Assembly (NCBI GenBank): GCA_020536535.1
Contig: JAHLWZ010000987.1
Coordinates: 1 to 32,961 of the forward strand
Length of the DNA: 32,961 nt
From: Pelomyxa schiedti
Taxonomy: Eukaryota > Protista > Evosea
Direction: 5' to 3'
A program made the position numbers and the translations under genes. The notes beneath the pieces are model-generated. The model was not told where the DNA came from, made no database searches, and saw only the letters and a program-made list of their open reading frames with translations. Below are positions 1 to 9,828 of the stretch, in pieces (position 1 is the stretch's first letter; each line of letters starts with the position of its first letter).

Positions 1-307
1 ATTCTACCGGGAAACTCGACATGGCCCTTTTAGTTGTACCGATTATGTTCTTCCTGGCCTGTGTGATATGGATTGTAGCATGGCTTGTGGTGAAACAATC
101 CACAGCTGGGGAGGTAGCACCACAGTCTTAGGAGACCCACCATTGCCCTCCGAGGGATCAGTTTCCCCCGAGGTGGAATTGGATTCGAACACCTGTGGCG
201 AGGTGTAGGCACTCCCCACAACACCCTTTAAAATTTACATCACCCAGCAGGCGGCGCGACCAATTTTCGTGGAGCAAAGGTGCACACACACCAAAAGGGA
301 AACAAAA

Positions 308-315
308 TCCCACAA
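308..315 (+). promoter_or_regulatory. DUSE-like snRNA-type upstream element TCCCACAA
   Basis: Exact match to the Dictyostelium DUSE consensus WCCCAYAA. Followed by TTCCG, as in the element upstream of the U1 gene. About 62 nt upstream of a hairpin-rich segment. Confidence 0.4.
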
Positions 316-400
316 TTCCGCTCTCTGTTGTGGGGGTGTCGTGCGAGGGTGCCGAGAAGAAAACAAATCACCAAGAAAAAAATGGCCATTTCTTTCTTCA

Positions 401-483
401 GTCTTTTGGACCTTTCGGGGTCGTCGTCTTTTGGACCCTTCCGGGTCGTCGTCTTTTGGACCTTTCGGGGTCGTCGTCTTTTG
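401..483 (+). repeat. Tandem repeat, 3.3 x 25 bp (GTCTTTTGGACCYTTCSGGGTCGTC), one hairpin per unit
   Basis: Units start at 401, 426 and 451, with a partial unit at 476. Each has a GACCY-TTCS-GGGTC stem-loop. Confidence 0.95.
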
Positions 484-1222
484 TGCCGGCGCTGTAGAAC
501 TATGCACACTGGCACTTTTTTTTAAAAAAAAAAAAAAAAGGGGATTAATGTCTATGTAATGTGAGTTTTGAAGCAACAAAAAAGAAAAACTCACGGAGAG
601 GGTGGTGCGGACAGCTACGTCACTTGCGGTGGGAAGGAACGGTGTGTCGTGTCACTCGCGTGTTGTGCGGGCGAGAAGATCGCAATCAATACAACCAACT
701 GCGAATTTAAGGAACTAGTTAGACTGTTGCCAGGCTGTTGCGTTCATCTCTGTCCCGACTGCCGGCTGATCTATGCTTTGTATCTGGGAGCATGATTCTT
801 CTAGGATTGGAATTTCCCATTACGGGAGCAACAGGGTGTGTAATTCCCAAGCTCCTCCCTCCCTCTCAGCCAAACTGAGTTTGAGGTATCTATTGCTTCC
901 TTCCTTCCTTGTGATTTTCTGTTGTTTCTTATGACATGACAAGATTAGGATGTTTTTAATTAAACACCACTAGTGTGCCCTCTCCTAAGAGCTGAATTCG
1001 AGGTAACTAGTAATCCTCATTTCTAATGACAAGATTAGGATTTGCACCGTGTCAATAAAGCCTACCTATTCTCATTGGACTGTGACGTGATAAGTTCTCA
1101 CTGTTCTTCCGGCTTTAGTTCATTGAAAAATAATTCGGTTTTTTCAGTTAAAAGGAAACAAAAAAGTGGCCAATTATTTATTTTATTATGCAACTACTCA
1201 AAATATTCTAGAGAAACGACAT

Positions 1223-2819
1223 TCATGGTGACTGGTGGTGAGTGGATTCATGGAATTCTGCTGGCCCATCGTTGTTGGTGACTGCTGTAGTAGTAGTGGG
1301 GGTGGAGCTTGTAGTTACAGAAGCAGAGGCAGCAAACTGTAATTATTTGGTTGTGTTGTTCATCATTGTCACCCTGATCGTGGAACCAGCCTTGAGATCC
1401 CTGGAAAGCAACATGTTTCCTATTGGCATCCCAATGTGTTCATCTAGCAAAGTCTCAACTTGGCAAGCTGACCCGTAGGCCAGGTCGGCAACAAACAGCT
1501 TGTCATCATCACCTATAATAAGAGTGACTCCATTCGCGCCTTTGACTCTCTTGGCCAGCCTGACAGGCATCAGTTCAACTATGCCAACGAAGTTCTGGCG
1601 TGTCAGGGGCTGGAAAATAACTAGTTGCGTAAGCCCATTGAGGAACTCTAAAAATAAAAGTCAATCAGTGCCACGGCACATACAGTCATTATATTTTTCT
1701 TAGATTAGATATGATCGGGTGCGATATGGGATATCTTTTTTTTACCTGGGCGGAACTTTGTGCGTACTAATTCAATGACTGAGTTAGAAACTTCCGGTGT
1801 CAGAGCAGCAGTTCCGGCGTCGTCTGGTGGAATGCTTTTCAACACAATATCAGATCCAATGTTTGATGTCAACAATACAATGGTGTGAGAGAAATCCACA
1901 GTTGTGCCCCAGGCTTCTGTCAGGCGGCCGTAATCCAGAACTGTTTGTTTTTGGGTTCCAAGTTAGTGTTGGACTGCAAACACAAAATAATTTCACGCAC
2001 TCTTGAAGAGAGGGAAGAACAAAAGGGATGATACTACCTTGAAGTAGGAGGTCACACAATTCTGGGTCAGCTTTCTCGATTTCGTCAAAAAGCACGACAC
2101 TGTGCGGCTTACGAAGCACTGGTCCAGTGAGCTGGCCACCTTGGTCATATCCCACGTAGCCTGGAGGGGATCCAATCAAACGTGCCACGGTATTCTTCTC
2201 CTTGTACTAGCAGATACAAAATGTGAGAATGTGAGTTAGGAGTTATAGTGTGCAATAGTGGGGAGCAACGCGCACACCTCGGAGCAGTCAAGGCGAATCA
2301 TATGACTTTCATCATCAAAAAGCTCTATTGCAAGGGCCCTGGCCACTTCAGTCTTGCCCACTCCAGAAGGACCCAGAAACTGATATTGTATAAGCAAGAT
2401 GAGTGAAAAAAAAGGGGGATGAATTATTATATTAGTAGTATGGGGGAACAAACAGTTACCATAAAGGAAAGGGGCTTATTTGTGGTTCCACTGGTCATGA
2501 TTGATCTTGCAACTGTGTTGACTGCCTTGTCTTGGCCAATGACCCTTCTGTGCAACTTCTCTGGCAGTTGCAGCAACACATCCCTTTCGTTTGTGTTTAG
2601 CTTGGTTGGAGTTATTCCAAATTCCAAAGCCATCATTGTACTATAGGTCTTAATATTGGAAATGGGGAATGTACTTGAATAAACGGGAATTATCCTTATT
2701 GGACAAAGCTTGTTTAAAGGGGGCCTATTCACTTTCTGCTCATTGAGGGATAACCCTTCGATATAGTTGACCTGCTTTTTTGTTTGGAATAAGTAAAACC
2801 GAATGTGAATTGTGCCCAT
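1223..2819 (-). CDS. ClpB/Hsp104-like AAA+ protein containing only NBD2 and the D2-small domain (multi-exon)
   Basis: Spliced exons give RVIGQDKAV, Walker [10 protein letters not shown], pore loop [11 protein letters not shown], Walker [18 protein letters not shown] and FRPEFLN. The start codon and last exon are tentative. Confidence 0.85.
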
Positions 2820-2884
2820 TCGATGGTTGTTGTATTGAGGCGGAGTTGTGCACCGCAGTTCGTCGTACTGGGTTTTTTTCTTTT

Positions 2885-3104
2885 GAGACGGGGCACTTCA
2901 CACGGAAGTGCCCTCTGTCAAAAATAAGTGGGATTGTGATATGCCTGCCTCCAAGTGTGCTTGAGAGGCATTTCAAAAATAGGTGCGGAAAAGCGGGATT
3001 AGAGCACAGCGTTAGCCTCTAGGACCCCCTTTAAAAGAGTTTCCCCAAGATCGCCGTGACAGACTTGTTCCCACACCAGAGCATTCACTCCCTTAGGTAG
3101 GTAT
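2885..3104 (-). ncRNA. Candidate novel U1-like Sm-class snRNA (5' end AUACCUACCU)
   Basis: TCCCGTAAT element at -62. U1-like 5' end. Closing helix GGGA-GTGA-ATGC/GCAT-TCAC-TCCC. 10-bp helix 3068-3077 with 2982-2991. Sm sites TATTTTTG at 2974-2981 and 2919-2926, each followed by a hairpin. G-U pairs favour the minus strand. Confidence 0.7.
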
Positions 3105-3157
3105 TTAGTTTTCCTAACAACCACCGGTTCGAACTTGACCGGCTTCCCCCCACTCCA

Positions 3158-3166
3158 ATTACGGGA
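3158..3166 (-). promoter_or_regulatory. DUSE-like element TCCCGTAAT
   Basis: One mismatch to WCCCAYAA. Lies 62 nt upstream of the ATACCTACCT start, versus 63 nt at the U1 gene. Confidence 0.6.
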
Positions 3167-3243
3167 CACCCACAACGACCGTTGTTTTGAGAAATGTTTT
3201 CTTCACTCACTCCTGGTGCGGCACATTCTGAAAAAGTCAGTCA

Positions 3244-6126
3244 TCAGACGCCATCGGTCATTTTGAATAGCCAGTCAAGGCCGTCAAGGACGCCATCACA
3301 AGTGATGGCACATGAGCCCCTAATTTGGTAGGGATGGCCAAATTGGGTGAGCAATCCAACTGAAAAGTACTCGGCGACTTCCTGTGGACTCATGCATGGT
3401 AATAGGTCCTGCTTGTTGGCTTTTTCGTTTTGGTTTTGTTAGATGGATTCAGTTAGTTTTTGGCAATCCTGGGGGGGAAGGGAAGAACCATAGAAGAGTA
3501 CAGGAAGACCGGAAAGCTCTGGAATGATCATCAACTGCAGGTAGGGGATTAGAAAGATGGTGAATAGAGTACATGGACAACCTTGTGGAACTCTGTCCTG
3601 GCTTCCTCTGCGCGATCAAGGTCACACGAGTCGACAACGAATATGATTCCAACTGCACCGTGATAGCCTTGTGGAAGTTAGAATTGTAGCTCGCCTTAAA
3701 AATTAACTACTCTGTTTCAAAAGTTGGCTGTATGTGATGCCTATAGATCATGAGTAAATTTCACCTGAACATAATGACATACAGGGCCAAATGTCCTGTG
3801 TAATGGTTAATGGCACGCGAGAATAGAAAAGAGCTCACCAAAGTAACAAAATGTAAATTCTTGAACTCCACTGTTTCAATATCTGATTATTTGTTTCATG
3901 CGTGTGTTCCAGTAAAAGGTTTTTCAAACTTACTGTACCCAAAGGAAGGTATGCTTGAGTAGCTCCCTGTATCATTCAACTTAATTTTATAAAGCATTGT
4001 GGTTTTTCCTAGAAATAAGATCATGAATGACAGTTAACTGGCAGGAGTACCTGCAGCATCTAACCCTAAAACTAGAACACGCCGCGGAATGGCATACCTG
4101 CTTATCCAATTGTGCACACCGAAAAAAATAGAAGAAAACAAAGAGTTATGTGGCTTGGAAGGTCTATAGATCTTGAGTGAATAAAATCCTTCCAAGGGAA
4201 ATCTTACGGGCTTCCTTCAGAAATGGCACATGAGGATAATCTTTTTGTTTCTTTGAGCAACGCTGCTAGATATCTCTTCTTCCAATTTCCATTGAATCCC
4301 CCCAATTTGATTTGAAGGTGGTCCTTGGAATAAGTGTAACATACAAAGAAAAGCTGAAATCAGTTACATTCATTAAAAATGCAGTAGTTCTTGACCAGGG
4401 ACGACTTTCATACAAAGTCTTCCAAATGTGGTCACTTGACGCAAAATGGTTCATTGTGCGGCACGTACAACAAAGTTTGCACAGACATGCAGCATCAAGT
4501 AGGGATAAAATGTGGCTAGGAAAAATTAGCAGCAACAAAAACAATTTCTTGAATACATCAGAACATTTGTATGTAGGGTTGCAAAAAGGCCTAACTCTTT
4601 CGAACGAGTTAATTTTGCACTTTACTTAAGAGAACACCTGTAGAAGTAGCAGGCGAGTTGTAGGGGGAGTAATATCTTACAACGCAAAAACTTCCAAATG
4701 AACAACAAGCAACATGGACAATGTCATTCTTCCCCTTAAGTGTGGCTATTTCTGTAGGTGTTGATCGATTGAGTGTATCTCCCAGGCCTGCAGACACTGA
4801 GATTTCGGAAAAAGGGAAATTGGAGGGACACACCAAGTTGCCCATGTTCATTTGATCCCCAACTATAAACTGAATTCTTTTTTGTGACAGCAATTGAATG
4901 TGAAGCAGTGCAACCAGCGGCAATTTGAGCAATACCATCAATTGCTACAAGGCATGGAATGTTACGATTTGCATTGTCTCCAAGACCAAGTTGGCCCTTG
5001 CTGTTTTCCCCAAATGAAAACAGCATTCCACACTCGTTTACTACAAGGGAGTGACTATCTCCACAGGCGATTTGTGTGACGGTACTTCCTTGAAAAAATG
5101 TAACACTTTCAGGAGAAACCTTGGAACACTACAGACAAGGTTACATTATTGTAGGGATTAAGTCATTTCACACGTAATCTCCATTTCCTATACTCGGTTA
5201 CACACTGAAGGAAACATGGAACATGTGGACGCACCAAGTTGACCTTGAAGGCCAAAACCCCAAGTGTACAGCGCACCTTCCGTGGAAAGTGCAAGGGTAT
5301 GTTTCGATCCCGCAGCTACTTTTTCAATTCTAATGTTGTGACTGAAACAACAGAGCCTAGGAACATTTGCTTGTGGCCTGTAAATTAGACCTGGGGGGAA
5401 GAGGAACTAAGTACACACCTGGAACACTCGCCAAGGGGTGCATCACATTGGTCATCAGTTACATTTCCTAATGAGAAAAGTGGCCCATATCTCGGTTCGG
5501 GTTGTATTAGTAAATGGTCCCCACCAGCAAAAATGTTACGGAAAACTACAGGCCCTTTGATATTCTATCAGTTCCATACTCTGGTATACAAAGAAGTACA
5601 TACGGATAAAAAAATTTTTAGGCAATCTGTTGCACCAGCTTGTACCGCTTGGAATAGAGGGCACTTCCAGGTCCCACACCCATATATGGTCATGAGTTCC
5701 AGAAATTGTCCACACAGTACTTCTTCCACAAGTTAACCTTTTGAGCCACAGTCAAAAATTTCGAATGGCCTCCCACAATCACATTGAAGCAGGGAGTCCT
5801 ACGTGCTGGCTCGATACGGGCCAAAAGGTAATTTCTGAGGAGCTGGAGCTTCACTCAGGCCCCACACCAAAATCTCCCCAGCAGCCAGCACGGCAACGTG
5901 CCTACCAACAAAATCATTCGTGTCATCAAAATTTTGAGCACAGTGCAAGAGGCTTTCGTTTTTTTGTTGTTGTTTTCTTGTGCCTTTGACCACAAGAGAC
6001 GTGGGTTATTCCACCCTCTAGTCCAGACAAACACGGCACCAACGTCGGCGTCGTTACGGCCTCCCCTAAAGCTACACCCTCACCAATTGGATGACCCCAG
6101 TAGAACACCTCCTCCACTACGGACAT
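3244..6126 (-). CDS. RCC1-repeat + F-box + ARF-family GTPase fusion protein (multi-exon)
   Basis: RCC1 repeats VAAGSKHTLALSTEGALYTWGFGLQGQLG and IACGDSHSLVV...FGENSKGQLGLGD. F-box HILSLLDAACLCKLCCTCRTMNHFASSDHIWK. ARF motifs VLGLDAAGKTT, GIIFVVDS, ANKQD, SCA and DGLDWL. Stop TGA at 3244-3246. Confidence 0.85.
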
Positions 6127-6295
6127 GAATCAAATCAACAAAATTTTTTCCTTTCGCCGTTCAAACGCTTCGACGGCCAACGAAGCGACCACGTAGGCTT
6201 GCTCATTTTACGTCGTGGGTTAGTCAACGAGCTCCGTATGCCGCCACGTATTGAACACGCGTTGCCGTCCCTCATCAGTACTACTGTGCGTAAGT

Positions 6296-8011
6296 ATGAT
6301 GCAGTCGCTTGTGGAGAGAGTGCTTGGGGCGCCCGAGTGCGTGGCGACGTCGACGCCGACCAAGCCCACGCTGACGGGGGAGCGCATGCGGTGCGTGCAG
6401 TGGTGGGCGCCCGGCGACGTCAGGGTGGCCGACGACAGCCGCCCGGGGATGGCCGACCCGAGAGACGCGGTGGTGCGGGTGTCGGTCGCGGCCATCTGCG
6501 GCTCGGACCTCCACCTGTACCATAATGAGCTCAGGGCAATGCAGCGCGGCGATATTCTGGGCCACGAGTTTGTTGGGGTGTGTGCAGTGCGTCGTTCCTC
6601 GTGATGTGTTTTGTGAGTTGGGGATTCGGCTTTGTTGTTGTTGTGTAAAACAAGAGGGTTGGATAGAACGAATAACCTGTTTAACTTCTTATTTTGTGAT
6701 GTGTAACTCTGTTGTCAGGTTGTGGAGGAAGTTGGGCCAGAAGTGCAAAATGTCAGAAAAGGGATGAGGGTTGCTGTGAGCGCAATTATTGCTGATGGAA
6801 CCTGTGACTACTGCAAAATGGGCATGTTCAGCTGCTGTGACACTACAAATTCCAGTGGCCTGATGGAGAAAGCAAGTCAACTAATTCATTGACAATTCTT
6901 CTAAGTTTGTTTTAGCTGTTTGGACATAGGACTGCTGGTCTCTTTGGCTATTCAAACTTGACAGGTTTGTCCTATATTTCACCTATTTTATCCAACGCAG
7001 CATTCACAGGAGCTTACCCTGGTGGCCAGGCACAGTTTGTTAGGTTTTGAGGAACTATTACCAGTAGAGGTGGTTTTTTTTTTTAATCCCAACCAGAGTT
7101 CCCTATGCTGATGTGAACTGCCTGGCTCTGCCCCCAGAGATAGAAGATGACATGGCCATATTTCTTTGTGATTCTCTGTGCACTGCTTGGCATGCAAATG
7201 ATATAGCACATGTTGGATCGGTGTTCCACAAAAATGTTGCAATATGGGGTGCGGGCCCAATTGGTTTATTAGCTACTGCTTGTGCTAAGGTATTCTCTTT
7301 ACCACGATTTTTCATCGAAATTTGACTTCAAAAAGAATAGAGGAGCAGAAAAAGTCATTGTTATCGACAGTGTCCCTCACCGATTAGAGCTGGCTCGGTC
7401 ACTTGGTGCTGATGGTATATTTCCCAATCATTTGTGCGGAGTTGACTTTTCCCACAGATGTTATCAATTTCAGAGAAGAAGATGTACTTGGTGCCATAAA
7501 AAGATTCTTCCCAGGTGGTCCTGATGTGTGCCTTGAATGTGTTGGATTCAGATACACGAAATCGTTGCTTCACAAAGTGGAGAAAACCTTGATGATGGAG
7601 ACTGATAGCATAGACACAGGCACGATGTTCTCGAATTTAACCTGTCTAATGAATTTATCAGTATCGGAAATAGTGAAAGCTGTTCGCAAAGGGGGGACAA
7701 TCAGCCTCATAGGGGATTTTCTTGGCTACACCAATCATTTCCCAAGTACCGTATTCTCTTTTCTTGGGTTTTTTCTCCCTAACACGAACCTAGTTGGAGC
7801 ATTAATGGAAAAGTCTATCACAGTTGTTGGCGGACAAGTTCATGTTCAAAAGTACTGGAAGCTTCTATTAGACAAAATTCTCAAAGCGGAACTCAACCCA
7901 ATGGCCATTGTGACACACAAACTTCCCCTTGACAAGGCACCTGACGCCTATGCCATGTTCGATAGCAAGACTGATGATGTTGTCAAAGTACTGCTTCTAC
8001 CTTGGCAATAG
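6296..8011 (+). CDS. Zn-dependent medium-chain dehydrogenase, formaldehyde-dehydrogenase-like (9 exons)
   Basis: ICGSDLHLY, LGHEFVG, structural Zn C-xx-C, FGYSNLTGAYPGGQAQFVRVPYAD, IWGAGPIG, THKLPLDKAPDAY. Confidence 0.93.
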
Positions 8012-8349
8012 TATCCCAAAGGAATACACCCTAGAACACCCGAATCAATAAAACCCCTGAGTTCAAAAAAAACCAAAAGATTTTCAAAAACACATGTTTC
8101 TACGAAACCCAGAAAGATGCGATGAGGAGCGGGGTGATAAGGACGCCGACCCCTCAATTGTGGGAATGAGTTCTTTGCTTGCACAGGCTCGTCGAAAACC
8201 GAGAGTCTGCAGAAGCAACTATGATAGGTACGAAAACCCACCACACTCCGCGTTTGTAATGACTGAGTCAATTGGCGAGTCCCTTTCAATTGGAAGGGAA
8301 AGGAGCTCCTTCAGTCGACGATCGCACTTCCAGAATCACTAAAACAAAG

Positions 8350-8767
8350 AGTTGCCCCAATGGCTTCGATTGTGTTATTATAGAACTACCATGGAAGCAT
8401 AAAAGTGCCCAATGTTTACCACACCCTATCTGATGAACTCTCGGCACTGCCCGTAGCCGTTCTGCTCAAACCACACTCTCGTGTGGCAGTGTGGGTAACA
8501 AATGACCCCAGGCTCTTGGTGTTCACTGCCCAAACTCTTTTTTCCCGTGACATCGCCCCGCGCGGCGTTCCAACCTGCACGAAGTGCTCCTCCAACCTCC
8601 CGTCTACCTACTACAACACCAATGAGGCGGTGTTGGACAGAACTACCAGGGCGACAGCTCCACGACTGAACAACAACCCCGGTTCTGTGAGTTATTTGCA
8701 AGGCATTTGGAGAACTTTCACTAGTTGGGGAAATCAAGTTCTCTTGTTCCGCACGAGAGCCTGTTGA
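8350..8767 (+). pseudogene. Degenerate MT-A70 / METTL4-like N6-adenine methyltransferase
   Basis: FDCVIIELPWKHKS (DPPW motif altered), LPVAVLL...VAVWVTND, ELFARHL and FTSWGNQVLLF. Frameshifts near 8409 and 8717. Central region apparently missing. Confidence 0.7.
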
Positions 8768-9298
8768 GGCACAATGGAAAACTTCCGTTTGCTTGCACCG
8801 GCGTTGTGGTTCACTTTCATGGTCAGCCAGTGCACAGAGGAATGGGAACCTCATGATCACTGGGGGAGCCAAATCCTGGTTATCTGGCTGCGTACCACAA
8901 CCAATAATAGTTACACCACGAAATCACTTCGACAAACATCATTCCCAGGGGTCGAAGCAACAACTGAGACTATCTTCGTTCAAAGTTGTTGTCCCTTTGC
9001 TCCACGTCATTCCCCTTGTGTAATGACTCACTTTACCACAAGCTCCAAGTTGGGGTCGTCCTGGTGACATAATTGTTTCAAACTGTAGGCTACTACTGCT
9101 CACTACAACCACGTGCCTACGACACATAACTACAGGGTCATTTCTAACCCCAAACCGAATACCCCCTCTGGGAGCAAAAAGTTCCGCGCCAAAATTTTTA
9201 CTTTTTAAGGGAAAATTTTAAAAAATAACAATTTAAAAAAAAAAACGGGAATAACTACCGGCAAAGAAGAGACAGCATGGAGAAAGTACGTCTAGTGG

Positions 9299-9520
9299 AG
9301 GAGTGCACTTGGGAGTGTCAACAGGTGCATAGCGTCTGGAGTGCAGTGCATTTGGAGCGGTGGGTGCATTTGGAGAGTGGTTGCAGTTTGGGTGCATTTG
9401 GAGCAGCAAGGAGCATTTGGGAGCATTTGGGAGCAAAGAGTGGGTGGTGTTGTGCAGTTTGGCTTGGGGTGGTGTGCATCATTTGGGAGCAGTTTGGGGT
9501 GGTGCATTCATTTGGGGATG
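9299..9520 (+). repeat. Degenerate G-rich minisatellite (GTGCATTTGG / GCAGTTTGG units)
   Basis: Roughly ten imperfect copies of GCATTTGG or GCAGTTTGG with GGT/GGA spacers. Confidence 0.8.
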
Positions 9521-9563
9521 GTAGTGGTGGGATATAATAATAACAGCCTTTCTGATAGATAAT

Positions 9564-9717
9564 ACAGGCGGGGGAGCCTCGTGCTCAGCACCGCCCTCAC
9601 TCAGTGAGGGTGAAGAGGTTCCCCTACAAGCCGTGACCAGTATTTTTGTGGCTGCGGTTGGTGTTTTGGTGCCGGTTCGCCCCTGAAACGCCATCCTCAC
9701 CCGGCAACACCCCCTGT
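9564..9717 (+). ncRNA. Candidate Sm-site structured small RNA
   Basis: Helix 9571-9580 with 9615-9624 encloses two hairpins that both have C-TCA-G loops. Sm site TATTTTTG at 9641-9648. Long 3' hairpin capped by GG-TTCG-CC. G-U pairs favour the plus strand. Confidence 0.55.
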
Positions 9718-9828
9718 TTCAAAGCTATCCAGTTTTCTACTCGCCAGTGCACTTTGCTTGAGAAAGCAAATACCTGAATTGATTTTTGTTTCGCTAGCAG
9801 ATCCAATCTTCTTGCAAAAACAAAGGGA

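Noticed and set aside
1-300. Minus-strand gene at the left edge
   Set aside because: Open frames exist, but there is no recognisable motif or consistent splice model.
401-483. CRISPR array
   Set aside because: The repeats are contiguous with no unique spacers, there are no cas genes, and the context is eukaryotic.
3104-3120. U12 snRNA branch-binding motif (minus strand GTTAGGAAAACTAA)
   Set aside because: No upstream TGCCTTAA and no U12 stem-loops. It lies between the promoter element and the predicted start of the U1-like RNA.
3168-3175. Perfect plus-strand DUSE ACCCACAA
   Set aside because: The predicted transcript would run antisense into the ARF coding end with no evident structure or Sm site.
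8774-9130. Short ORFs after the MT-A70 relic
   Set aside because: No motifs, and no splice structure that yields a coherent protein.
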